Positions 40,376 through 50,045 of a DNA stretch of 63,424 bases are shown here, piece by piece. The position numbers and the translations under genes are program-made. Below the pieces are notes generated by a model. That model worked only from the letters and a program-made list of their open reading frames with translations. It was not told the DNA's origin and did not search any database. The stretch comes from an uncultured Alphaproteobacteria bacterium (GTDB lineage: Bacteria; Pseudomonadota; Alphaproteobacteria; Methylaequorales; Methylaequoraceae): positions 1 to 63,424 of the forward strand of contig CACAXP010000003.1 in assembly GCA_902536485.1 (NCBI GenBank). Reading direction: 5' to 3'. How positions within the stretch are numbered: the first letter of the stretch is position 1; the number at the start of each line of letters is the position of its first letter.

Positions 40376-41826
40376 TGAGTTATTTAATTGATGGAAAAAC
40401 TGGTGAATGGGAGTTGGTTATGGGACTTGAAGTTCATGCTCAAATAAAATCTAATTCCAAATTATTTTCTAAAGCATCTACGTTCTGGGGAGGAAAGCCA
40501 AACTCTCAAGTCGAATTAGTTGATTCAGGAATGCCTGGAGCTCTTCCTGTAATTAATGAATATTGCGTTGATCAAGCTATAAAAACTGGATTAAGTTTAA
40601 ATGCAAAAATTAACAAAAAGTCTATTTTTGATAGGAAAAACTATTTTTATCCAGACCTTCCACAAGGATATCAAATTTCACAATTTGAGCACCCTATTGT
40701 AGGTAATGGTTTTTTAGTAATTGAAACAGAAGATGGTCAAAAAAGAATTGGTATTACTAGAATTCACCTTGAACAAGACGCTGGTAAAAGTATACATGAT
40801 CAGGATCATCAAAATTCCTTTATAGATCTTAACAGATCTGGCTGTGCATTAATGGAAATAGTTTCAGAACCTGATTTGAATAGTCCACAAGAGGCTGCTC
40901 AATACGTAAAAAAACTAAGAGCTATTTTAAGGTGTATTGGGAGCTGCGATGGTAATATGGAAAGAGGAAATCTTAGGGCAGATGTTAATGTTTCTGTGAG
41001 AAAACCTGGACAAGAATTAGGAACAAGATGTGAGATTAAGAATGTAAATTCAATTAAGTTTATTCAGCAAGCCATTGAATATGAATCTAGAAGGCAAGTT
41101 GAATTGCTTGAGAACGGACAGAATATAAGTCAAGAAACAAGGCTTTTTGATCCAAATAATGGCGAAACAAGGACTATGAGAGGAAAGGAAGAGTCTCACG
41201 ATTATAGATATTTCCCCGACCCAGATCTTCCACCTTTGCTGATAAATGATGATAGAATAGAAAAGATTAAAAGCGAGTTGCCAGAATTGCCAGATGAAAA
41301 AAAGAAAAGATTCAAAGAGCAATATAAATTAAAAGATTATGATGCGGAAATTCTTGTTGAAGATCAGTTTGTATCATCTTTTTTTGAAGAATTAGCAGAA
41401 AAAAGAGATTCAAAAATTGTAGTAAGCTGGGTTACCGTTGAACTTTTCTCTTACTTAAAAAAAAAAGATATACAACTTCAAGATTCTAAAATTAAATCAA
41501 AAAAGATTGGGAATCTTTTAGATTTAATTATTAATGGTTCTATTTCAAATAGACAAGCAAAAGAAATTTTTGAAGAGTATATAGAAACAGATTTAGAGGC
41601 TTCAGATTTTATAAAGAAAAAAGGGGTTAAACAGCTTTCTGATAAATCAGAAATAGAGGCTCTAATAAAATCAGTTTTACAAAAAAATGTGGAAATGGTA
41701 AATGATTATAAAAAGGGGAAAGATAAACTTTTTGGATTTTTTGTTGGTCAAGTAATGAAAAAATCAAAAGGAAAAGCAAACCCCCAGTTAGTTAACCAGG
41801 TTCTAAAAGACTTGTTATCAAAATAA
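40375..41826 (+). CDS. gatB: Asp/Glu-tRNA amidotransferase subunit B
   Basis: GLEVHAQ, RKNYFYPDLPQGYQISQ, HLEQDAGK, DYRYFPDPDL. Confidence 0.98.
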   Translation: MSYLIDGKTGEWELVMGLEVHAQIKSNSKLFSKASTFWGGKPNSQVELVDSGMPGALPVINEYCVDQAIKTGLSLNAKINKKSIFDRKNYFYPDLPQGYQISQFEHPIVGNGFLVIETEDGQKRIGITRIHLEQDAGKSIHDQDHQNSFIDLNRSGCALMEIVSEPDLNSPQEAAQYVKKLRAILRCIGSCDGNMERGNLRADVNVSVRKPGQELGTRCEIKNVNSIKFIQQAIEYESRRQVELLENGQNISQETRLFDPNNGETRTMRGKEESHDYRYFPDPDLPPLLINDDRIEKIKSELPELPDEKKKRFKEQYKLKDYDAEILVEDQFVSSFFEELAEKRDSKIVVSWVTVELFSYLKKKDIQLQDSKIKSKKIGNLLDLIINGSISNRQAKEIFEEYIETDLEASDFIKKKGVKQLSDKSEIEALIKSVLQKNVEMVNDYKKGKDKLFGFFVGQVMKKSKGKANPQLVNQVLKDLLSK

Positions 41827-41827
41827 A

Positions 41828-41919
41828 GGAGAGGTGGCCGAGTGGCTGAAGGCGACGGTTTGCTAAACCGTTATAGGTGGTAACATCTATCGAGGGTTCG
41901 AATCCCTTCCTCTCCGCCA
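41828..41919 (+). tRNA. tRNA-Ser (anticodon GCT), CCA encoded
   Basis: Acceptor stem GGAGAGG/CCTCTCC, anticodon arm ACGGT-TTGCTAA-ACCGT, long variable arm, GGTTCGAATCC T-arm, ends GCCA. Confidence 0.98.
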
Positions 41920-41926
41920 TTTCTAA

Positions 41927-42361
41927 TCAAATAGATCGTTGTAATGATTTTATGAATATATAAATAAGTTGAAAAATATAATATAAAACCCCTAATAACT
42001 GTATGTATATAGAAAAAATAGTAAGCCTCATTCCTTTTCGCCTTTGTGTCAGGTCTTCATTTACATCCGATATTGAAATTGCATGAATTGTTCTTCCAAT
42101 ACATAAAATAATCATAGCCGGCACAGCAAATACAAGAAGATTGTTGAAATATAAAAGAAGACTTAAAAAAAAGTTGATTGGAACTGTTTCGCAAAAATTT
42201 GCATGCGCCCTAATTGCTCTTTCGAGCTTCACACTTTTAAATCCAAATGAAGACTTTGTTAATCTTCTCTGACTAACAACGTTCCTGAACAGTTTAATAT
42301 AAAAAAGTGATAAGTAGATTATTAGTAAGAAATATATTAATTCTAAATAGGTTTTAAACAT
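41927..42361 (-). CDS. MAPEG family membrane protein
   Basis: ERAIRAHANFCETVP...GRTIHA motif with TM helices. Confidence 0.8.
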   Translation of the reverse strand: MFKTYLELIYFLLIIYLSLFYIKLFRNVVSQRRLTKSSFGFKSVKLERAIRAHANFCETVPINFFLSLLLYFNNLLVFAVPAMIILCIGRTIHAISISDVNEDLTQRRKGMRLTIFSIYIQLLGVLYYIFQLIYIFIKSLQRSI

Positions 42362-42415
42362 TGAAAAAAAATAAAATTACTAAATATTAATTTATCACTG
42401 ATATTATAATCTGCT

Positions 42416-43834
42416 ATGAAAAAAAAAATTGGAATACATTGGTTTAGAAATGATTTAAGGACGATTGATAACCCATCTTTAAACCATCTTTCCAGAAATT
42501 ACGAAAATGTTTTAGGGGTTTATATTTTTGATGAAGTTAATACTGATCCAAAACTTGGTTCTGCAAGCAAGGTTTGGTTAAATCACTCTCTAAAATATTT
42601 AAAAAAGCAGTTAAACGGAAACTTAATTATCTTAAAAGGAAACCCTAAAGAGTGTTTAGATGAATTAATTAATTTTTTTGATGTCCAAGAAGTTTCCTGG
42701 AATCGTTGCTATGAACCATGGATAATTAATAGAGATAAAAGTTTAAAGATTTATTTGAATGAAAAAACAAAAGTCAATTCATTCAATGGTTCTTTGTTGT
42801 GGGAACCTTGGGAAATTTTAAAAAATGATGGCACCCCTTATAAGGTTTTTACACCGTTTTACAAAAGAGGTTGTTTGTCAGCACCCAGCCCGAGGGTACC
42901 AAAATCTGAAAAGATTAATTTTTTTAATCATAATTTTAGATATACAGATGTCTCTGATTTAGATTTACTTAGTAATAAAAAATGGGAGAATCAAATTTTA
43001 TCCAAATGGAAAGTTGGTGAAGATAATTCAATTGAAATCATGCAATCATTTTTAAAAAATGGAGTCCAAAATTATTCAGAGGGCAGAAACTTTCCAAATA
43101 AAAAAAATGTATCCAGACTATCACCCTATCTTCATTGGGGCCAGATTTCTCCCAACTCTCTGTGGTATGAAGTAAATAACTTAAAAAATGTAAAAGATAA
43201 TGATGTTGAAGTTTTTAAAAGTGAATTAGGTTGGAGGGAATTTGCTTACTATTTATTATACCATTTTCCATATATTCAAAGGAAAAATTTAAAAAGTAAT
43301 TTTGATAATTTTAAGTGGTTGGAAGATCCAATTAGTTTTAAAAAATGGTCTAAGGGTCTTACCGGAATACCAATAGTTGATGCTGGTATGAGGGAACTAT
43401 GGAAAACTGGATATATGCATAATAGACCAAGAATGATTGTAAGTTCATTTTTGGTAAAAAACTTACTTATTCATTGGAGGAGGGGAGAAGAGTGGTTCTG
43501 GGACTGCCTTTTTGATGCAGATGCAGCAAGTAATTCAGCCAGTTGGCAATGGGTAGCAGGCACTGGTACCGATTCAACTCCATATTTTAGAATTTTTAAC
43601 CCCGTAACCCAAGGTCAAAAATTTGATCCAACTGGAGAATATATAAGAACATATGTACCAGAGTTAAAAAATCTACCTATAAAATTTCTTTTTAGTCCTT
43701 GGGAATGCCCAAATGAAATTTTAACAAATTTAAATTTTAAATTAGGACAAGATTATCCTCATCCAATTGTTGATTTGAAAGAATCAAGACAAAGAGCACT
43801 TTCAACTTATGAGCAATTGAGAAAGAGAAACTAA
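42416..43834 (+). CDS. phr: CPD DNA photolyase (class I/III)
   Basis: WFRNDLR..DN, SRLSPYLHWG, WREF, GYMHNRPRM, WQWVAGTG.D..PYFRIFNP. Confidence 0.95.
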   Translation: MKKKIGIHWFRNDLRTIDNPSLNHLSRNYENVLGVYIFDEVNTDPKLGSASKVWLNHSLKYLKKQLNGNLIILKGNPKECLDELINFFDVQEVSWNRCYEPWIINRDKSLKIYLNEKTKVNSFNGSLLWEPWEILKNDGTPYKVFTPFYKRGCLSAPSPRVPKSEKINFFNHNFRYTDVSDLDLLSNKKWENQILSKWKVGEDNSIEIMQSFLKNGVQNYSEGRNFPNKKNVSRLSPYLHWGQISPNSLWYEVNNLKNVKDNDVEVFKSELGWREFAYYLLYHFPYIQRKNLKSNFDNFKWLEDPISFKKWSKGLTGIPIVDAGMRELWKTGYMHNRPRMIVSSFLVKNLLIHWRRGEEWFWDCLFDADAASNSASWQWVAGTGTDSTPYFRIFNPVTQGQKFDPTGEYIRTYVPELKNLPIKFLFSPWECPNEILTNLNFKLGQDYPHPIVDLKESRQRALSTYEQLRKRN

Positions 43835-45324
43835 TGAAAAAAAAAATTTTTGTAATATTGGGTAATCAACTATTTAATCTTTCTTTTTTTCTAAAATTTA
43901 AAAAAGATCATATTTTTTTTCTCTCAGAGGATTTGGGTTTATGCACCTATGAAAAACATCATAAACAAAAAATTTTACTATTTTTGTCGGCAATGAGATC
44001 TTTTCGAGACGAACTTGAAAATAATGGTTTTGAAGTTATTTACAAAAAAATAGAAGATGACGACTTTGAAGAGGCCTTCATGGTCAAATTAATAAAGTTG
44101 ATTAAAGAAATGAATATCAATTCTGTTTCTGTTTTTGAAATCGAAGACAAACCTTTTGAGAAAAAATTCTTATCTGAGTTGAAAAACTATAAGTTAAACT
44201 ATTTGTCTTCTCCAATGTTTTTAACTTCACGAGCCGAATTTAAAAGCTATTTATCAAGTACAAAAAAACCATTTATGGCAAACTTTTATAAACTGCAGAG
44301 GAAAAAAAATAATTTTCTGATAGATGAAAATGATAATCCAACTGGTGGTAAATGGAGCTTTGATGAAGAAAATAGAAAAAAAATTCCAAAAGAATTTGAT
44401 TTTCCAGAAAAAATCACACCAAACGAAACCGAACACACAAAATATCTTAAAAATATTATTGAAGAAAAGTTTCAGGATCATGTTGGCTCTACTGACGATT
44501 TTTGGATATGTACGACGAGACAAGAGGCCTGGAAAAAGTTTAATCATTTTTTAGAAAAAAAAATTAATTTATTTGGTGACTACGAAGATGCAGTTGATCA
44601 GCGAGATAACTTTCTTTTCCATTCTTCACTTAGCCCATTAATGAATATAGGTCTAATTACTCCAGGAGAAGTGATTGAAAAACTTAAACAAATTATCAAC
44701 AAAGTAAAAATTAATTCATTGGAAGGCTACTTTAGACAAATAGCTGGATGGAGAGAGTTTATTAAAGGGGTTTACCAAAACTATGATGAAAAATTTGAAC
44801 AGTCTAATTTCTTTGGCCACAAACGATTAATGAAAAAAAGTTGGTATGATGGAACAACAGGAATTTTTCCCTTAGATTATTCAATTAAAAATGCTTCTAA
44901 ATACGCCTGGACACATCATATTGAACGTTTAATGATTCAATCAAATATTATGAATTTATGTGAAATTGAACCTTCTAATGCTTACCAATGGTTTATGGAA
45001 CATTACATGGATTCGTCAGAATGGGTTATGTACCCAAATGTATATGGTATGGGTTTATTCAGTGATGGCGGAGTATTTTCAACCAAACCTTATATTTGTG
45101 GTTCATCATATTTTAGAAAAATGATGGATTTTAAAAAAGATGATTGGTGTGATGTCCTTGATGGTCTTTATTGGCGCTTCATTCAGAATAATAAGGATTT
45201 TTTTGTTAAAAACCCAAGGCTGTCCATGATGGTAAGAGTATTAGATAAAATGAACAAAGACAGAAAAAAGAAAATAATAACCCTTGCCGATGAGTTTATT
45301 GAAACAAACACATATAAATCATGA
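43834..45324 (+). CDS. Bacterial cryptochrome/(6-4) photolyase family protein lacking the 4Fe-4S ligands
   Basis: [51 protein letters not shown]...TKPY. Confidence 0.9.
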   Translation: MKKKIFVILGNQLFNLSFFLKFKKDHIFFLSEDLGLCTYEKHHKQKILLFLSAMRSFRDELENNGFEVIYKKIEDDDFEEAFMVKLIKLIKEMNINSVSVFEIEDKPFEKKFLSELKNYKLNYLSSPMFLTSRAEFKSYLSSTKKPFMANFYKLQRKKNNFLIDENDNPTGGKWSFDEENRKKIPKEFDFPEKITPNETEHTKYLKNIIEEKFQDHVGSTDDFWICTTRQEAWKKFNHFLEKKINLFGDYEDAVDQRDNFLFHSSLSPLMNIGLITPGEVIEKLKQIINKVKINSLEGYFRQIAGWREFIKGVYQNYDEKFEQSNFFGHKRLMKKSWYDGTTGIFPLDYSIKNASKYAWTHHIERLMIQSNIMNLCEIEPSNAYQWFMEHYMDSSEWVMYPNVYGMGLFSDGGVFSTKPYICGSSYFRKMMDFKKDDWCDVLDGLYWRFIQNNKDFFVKNPRLSMMVRVLDKMNKDRKKKIITLADEFIETNTYKS

Positions 45325-45449
45325 AAAATAAAGAAATTAAGTTTTGTCAAACTTGTGAAAGGCCCTTTGAATGGCGAAAGAAATGGAAAAGGGATTGGGA
45401 AAATGTAAAATATTGCTCAAAAAAATGTTCTAAGAAGCATCTAGTTTAG
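45321..45449 (+). CDS. DUF2256 small Cys-rich protein (42 aa, not in ORF track)
   Basis: Manual translation [46 protein letters not shown] overlap with upstream gene. Confidence 0.9.
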   Translation: MKNKEIKFCQTCERPFEWRKKWKRDWENVKYCSKKCSKKHLV

Positions 45450-46083
45450 TGTATCTCAGATATGGTTTGATTTTTTCAAAATCACCAAAAGTATCTTTTG
45501 CATCTTTATCAGAAACTGCAGGTACAATTATAACCTTGTCATTTTTTTTCCAATTAGCAGGTGTAGCGACTTTATGCTTGCTGGTTAGTTGAACTGAATC
45601 TAAAACTCTAATAATTTCTTCAAAGTTTCTCCCGGTTGTCATTGGATAGGTAAGCATCATCCGTATTTTTTTCTCTGGATCGATTAAAAAAACAGACCTT
45701 ACTGTTGCATTTGTCATCGCTGTCCTAGATTCACTTGGTGCTTCATCAGCAGGTAGCATGTTATAGAGTTTTGCAATTTTGAGATTTTCATCTGCTATTA
45801 AAGGATAATTTACTGATGTACCTTGAACGTCTTCTATGTCTTTTTTCCATAAATTATGATCCTCTACGGAATCAATACTCAAACCTATAAGCTTACAGTT
45901 TCTTTTTGTGAAATCTTTTTCGATACTTGCCATGTAACCCAACTCAGTTGTACAGACTGGAGTAAAGTCTTTAGGATGAGAAAACAATATTGCCCAAGAA
46001 TCACGCAACCACTGATGAAACTCTATTTCACCAATAGTTGAGTTTGCTTTGAAATTTGGAGCAATTTCGTTAATTTTTAACAC
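45430..46083 (-). CDS. 1-Cys peroxiredoxin (Prx6 subfamily)
   Basis: [31 protein letters not shown]. Confidence 0.95.
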   Translation of the reverse strand: MLKINEIAPNFKANSTIGEIEFHQWLRDSWAILFSHPKDFTPVCTTELGYMASIEKDFTKRNCKLIGLSIDSVEDHNLWKKDIEDVQGTSVNYPLIADENLKIAKLYNMLPADEAPSESRTAMTNATVRSVFLIDPEKKIRMMLTYPMTTGRNFEEIIRVLDSVQLTSKHKVATPANWKKNDKVIIVPAVSDKDAKDTFGDFEKIKPYLRYTKLDAS

Positions 46084-46181
46084 AATTCTGATTATACTAA
46101 AAAAATTTTTTTTGATAAAGTTTTATTATTTTCATGATATTAAAAAAAATTATAACAATATAGATTTTAATTGTTTATAAG

Positions 46182-47306
46182 ATGATTTATATGTTGTCAT
46201 CAATTAACAAAATTAATCTCAAAAAGTTAAAAGACCCATTCTTAATCTATAAACCAAAAATTCTAAAACAAAGTGTAAATTATTTTAAAAAGAATTTCTC
46301 TGGTGAAGCTTTGTACGCAGTTAAAGCCAACCCATCTAAATTTGTGTTGAAAAAAATCTATGAGCTAGGCATTAGATCCTTTGATGTTGCATCAATTAAT
46401 GAAATTAAATTAGTAAAAAATTTATTTGATAACTCAAAAATCTTTTTTATGAATCCTGTGAAGCCTAGACATGTAATAAATGAAGCTTATCATAAATACG
46501 GAGTAAGAGATTTTTCGCTAGATAATGATACCGAATTACATAAAATATTAGAGTCTACTGGTTCAGCAAAAGATTTAAATCTTCACTTAAGGATTTCTGT
46601 TCCAAATAATTCTTCAAAAATTAATTTATCAAAAAAATTTGGTACTGATGGATTTAAATCAAAAGTTCTTCTTAACAAAATAAAGAATATTTCGAGAAAA
46701 GTCGGAGTTTCTTTTCACTTAGGATCTCAATGTATAAATCCAAATGCTTACAAAATTGCAATAAATAAAACATCTTCTTTAATTAGGGCATCTAATTTAG
46801 ATGTTGATTTTTTCAATGTTGGTGGTGGTTTTCCGGCAGAATATTCTGGTTTAAAGCTACAACCTTTAACTAATTATTTCAAAGTAATTAATACTGAGTT
46901 TGAAAAAAATTTTAAAAATTCCAAAACCAAATTATTATCGGAACCAGGAAGAGTATTAGTATCCAAGTCAATGTCCTTGATTGTCAGGGTCGATTTGCGA
47001 AAAAAAAATATTTTATATATTAATGACGGTACACACAGCTTTCTTCACGATGCAGGTGCCCATGATTTTATCTATCCTGTAAAAATATTTAATAAAGAAG
47101 AAAAATCAAAACTTAAACCATTTAGCTTTTACGGACCAACTTGTGATTCTAACGATTTTATGAGGGGACCTTTTCTTCTTCCAGAATCAATAAATGAAGG
47201 AGATTATCTTCAAATAGAAGAGATGGGAGCATACTCACTTTCAATGAAAAATAACTTTAATGGATTTTTTTCTAAACCTAAAATCTTTATTGATGAGGAA
47301 AAGTAG
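46182..47306 (+). CDS. Fold-type III PLP decarboxylase (ornithine/lysine decarboxylase)
   Basis: YAVKANP, FDVAS, KFG, HLGSQC, GGGFP, SEPGR, GPTCDS.D, GAY. Confidence 0.92.
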   Translation: MIYMLSSINKINLKKLKDPFLIYKPKILKQSVNYFKKNFSGEALYAVKANPSKFVLKKIYELGIRSFDVASINEIKLVKNLFDNSKIFFMNPVKPRHVINEAYHKYGVRDFSLDNDTELHKILESTGSAKDLNLHLRISVPNNSSKINLSKKFGTDGFKSKVLLNKIKNISRKVGVSFHLGSQCINPNAYKIAINKTSSLIRASNLDVDFFNVGGGFPAEYSGLKLQPLTNYFKVINTEFEKNFKNSKTKLLSEPGRVLVSKSMSLIVRVDLRKKNILYINDGTHSFLHDAGAHDFIYPVKIFNKEEKSKLKPFSFYGPTCDSNDFMRGPFLLPESINEGDYLQIEEMGAYSLSMKNNFNGFFSKPKIFIDEEK

Positions 47307-47331
47307 GCAACTCATTTATTATACTTTAATC

Positions 47332-48189
47332 TCATAAAATATAGTAAACACCAACTGACAAAATTAATACACCTAAAATTTTAGGCTTAGTTATCTTTTC
47401 CTCGAAAAATAATTTACCAAATAAAACTGAACTTAATTGTCCAATTGATCTTTTAATTGTTTCCATTATCGGAACATAATTGAAGAGAATGGCGTAGAAT
47501 TGGAGAACAGTAGCAATTATCCCAGTTAAAATTGTAATTAGAATTAATCCCCAATTTTTTTTTAAACTAAAAAATTCATATTTTCCCTTTTTCAAAAGAA
47601 AAATTAAAAGAATTACGAGGCCAAACGATTGAATAAGACCATGAATATTTATTGAACTATGCTCAAGACATAATTTATCCAATACAGGTGTCAAACTCCA
47701 TATTAGAGAAACAACAATCATTAATTTAGCGCTGTTATTGATTGCTAAAACTTTAAAGCTTTTAAGAATTTCACCCATTGTTATTTTCTTTGAATAAAGT
47801 ACAAGAGTTCCAAAGATAATTAAAAAAACTCCAATGTATTGAAAGTATGATAATTTTTCATTTAGAAAGAAAAAAGAAAAAAATGAACTAAATAGTGGTG
47901 ATAATGATAGAAGAGGGATGGTTAAACTAAGATCTGATTGTTTTATAGCTTTTAAAAATAAAAGTGCAGAGAATAAACTTATGAGAATTAAGATTAGTCC
48001 TGGAAAAATATAGCTCTTTAAATTTAAGAAAGGAACTTCATAAAATACCCAACTTCCAAAAATCAGTGTTTGTGCGAGAGTGAATATCAATAGTAAATTA
48101 ACGGAATTTATTTTTTGAAGACAGAGTTTTCTTGTTAAATCAAATGCAGCCCAAAAAAAAGCAGATATAATACAGATTAATATAGACAC
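47332..48189 (-). CDS. EamA/DMT family transporter
   Basis: About 10 TM segments in two repeats; A.KQSDLSLTIPLLSLSP, FFEEK. Confidence 0.85.
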   Translation of the reverse strand: MSILICIISAFFWAAFDLTRKLCLQKINSVNLLLIFTLAQTLIFGSWVFYEVPFLNLKSYIFPGLILILISLFSALLFLKAIKQSDLSLTIPLLSLSPLFSSFFSFFFLNEKLSYFQYIGVFLIIFGTLVLYSKKITMGEILKSFKVLAINNSAKLMIVVSLIWSLTPVLDKLCLEHSSINIHGLIQSFGLVILLIFLLKKGKYEFFSLKKNWGLILITILTGIIATVLQFYAILFNYVPIMETIKRSIGQLSSVLFGKLFFEEKITKPKILGVLILSVGVYYIL

Positions 48190-48192
48190 AAA

Positions 48193-49221
48193 ATGAAATT
48201 CTTAGTTAAAATTTTTTTATTGTTATTTCTTGTATCATGTTCATCACATGATATCAAAGCCAGTAAATATGCTAAAATTAATGATTTTAATCAATATGAA
48301 AATAACTATTTAAGTGAAGAAAAAAGAGCCATAAAAAAATCTAAATTTTTTAGTTTCTTTTTTAAAAATATCTTTTTCCCACCGGGGAAAAAAAAATTTA
48401 ATTTAATGGATGTTGATGAACAAATTTATAATAGTGATTTATCATTACTTACATGGGCAGGTCACTCAACATTTTTACTCCAGTTTAAAAATACTAACAT
48501 TTTAATTGACCCGCACTTTTCATTAAGAGCATCTCCATTATCCTACATTGGACCAAAGAGATATATGCCCTCAGTTTTTAATAAAAATAATCTACCTAGG
48601 ATAGATGTTGTTGCAATAAGTCATAATCATTATGATCATCTAGATATTAAAACTCTAAAAAGCATAAATAAAAAATTTCCAGAAGCAAAGTTTCTTGTAC
48701 CTCTTGGTGATAAAGAACTACTTTTAAAAAATAATATTCAAAACGTAAAAGAATTTGATTGGTGGGAAAATCATAATATTAATGGTGTGAAATTTATTTT
48801 TACACCAGTTCAACATTGGTCAAAAAGAACTTTTTTTGATTTAAATAAATCGTTATGGGGTGGTTGGTGGGTTGAATCCAATAATTTTAAATTTTTGCAT
48901 CTAGGGGATACAGGATATACCAAGGACTTTAAAGATATAAAAAAAAAATTGGGTAAACCTGATCTTGTAGCTATTCCAATAGGAGCTTACAAACCTAGAG
49001 ATATTATGAGATATAGTCACCTTAACCCTGATGAGGCTTTGAAAACATTTATTGATTTAGAGGCAAAAAAAGCAGTTGCTATGCATTGGGGTACATTTAT
49101 CCTTAGTCAAGAGGCTGTAGATGAACCAATCAATGAAATAAAAAGTAACTTAAAAAACCAAGGTATTGAAGAGAGCAATTTTTTAATTTTAAAACACGGT
49201 GAAACTATTAATCTTAATTAG
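48193..49221 (+). CDS. Metallo-beta-lactamase fold hydrolase (NAPE-PLD/RomA-like), probable lipoprotein
   Basis: TWAGHSTF, SHNHYDHLD, PVQHWSKR, GDTGY, PIGAY, MHWGTF; lipobox LVSC. Confidence 0.88.
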   Translation: MKFLVKIFLLLFLVSCSSHDIKASKYAKINDFNQYENNYLSEEKRAIKKSKFFSFFFKNIFFPPGKKKFNLMDVDEQIYNSDLSLLTWAGHSTFLLQFKNTNILIDPHFSLRASPLSYIGPKRYMPSVFNKNNLPRIDVVAISHNHYDHLDIKTLKSINKKFPEAKFLVPLGDKELLLKNNIQNVKEFDWWENHNINGVKFIFTPVQHWSKRTFFDLNKSLWGGWWVESNNFKFLHLGDTGYTKDFKDIKKKLGKPDLVAIPIGAYKPRDIMRYSHLNPDEALKTFIDLEAKKAVAMHWGTFILSQEAVDEPINEIKSNLKNQGIEESNFLILKHGETINLN

Positions 49222-50010
49222 TTACATGCCAGGAATTCTTAAAAGACTTGTCCCTGCTTGGTCTAACTCCTCTGCCATTTGAATTAATTTAACATGCATT
49301 TCAAATTTTCGCATTTGGTCAATTGTATTGACCATTTCTTCAACAGCATTTACATTACTTTTTTCTAAGAAGCCAGCAGCTAATTTTGCTTGTTGATTTG
49401 GTTCTATTGGAATTTGTTCTATTGTGCCGTCTTCATTTATATTAGGATCAAACCTTATTTTTCCATCAAGAGATTTTTTTAAGAGATCTCCTTCTTGTGG
49501 AACATATGTAGCGATGGTTCCAGCATTTACAGGAAGTTCTCCTGGTGCAGCTGCAATTGGTTGAATTAGAATTTCACCTTGAGAAGTTACGTTAATTTCT
49601 CTAAAAGCGGGGATTACTAATGGTTGCATGCCAGCATCAAGAACTTTATTTCCTGCCCCATCAAGTAATTCACCATTTTCATTAACGCTGAAATCTCCTC
49701 GTCTAGAAAATGCAGGCTCGGCGTTATTTGGTTGAACTACAAAATATCCGTCACCATTAATAGCAACATCCATAGGATTTTGTGTATTATCCAACATCCC
49801 TTGTTCAACACTAAACTTTCCAACCTCCCTAGCTGCAACTATTCTAGGCTCAAGACCTTCTTGTCTGTTTAAATAAATTGAACTAAAGTCTGTAACTACG
49901 TCTTGTTTAAAACCAGGTGTTGAAAGATTGGAAAGATTGTGTGCTGTTGCAACTTGGTTTTCCATTAGCATTTTCATACTATTCAATGCTGTTTGTACCA
50001 TTCTATCCAT
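49222..50010 (-). CDS. flgF: Flagellar proximal rod protein FlgF
   Basis: AHNLSN.STPGFK, T.NPMDVAI.GDGYF, LEKSNVNAVEEMV; follows flgE. Confidence 0.9.
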   Translation of the reverse strand: MDRMVQTALNSMKMLMENQVATAHNLSNLSTPGFKQDVVTDFSSIYLNRQEGLEPRIVAAREVGKFSVEQGMLDNTQNPMDVAINGDGYFVVQPNNAEPAFSRRGDFSVNENGELLDGAGNKVLDAGMQPLVIPAFREINVTSQGEILIQPIAAAPGELPVNAGTIATYVPQEGDLLKKSLDGKIRFDPNINEDGTIEQIPIEPNQQAKLAAGFLEKSNVNAVEEMVNTIDQMRKFEMHVKLIQMAEELDQAGTSLLRIPGM

Positions 50011-50045
50011 TTATAAACTCCTGATTAATTTAAATTTTCTATTTA

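Noticed and set aside
41895-41926. attL/attR duplication or integrase at tRNA-Ser
   Set aside because: No second copy of the tRNA 3' end and no recombinase gene seen in this window, so no mobile element was called.
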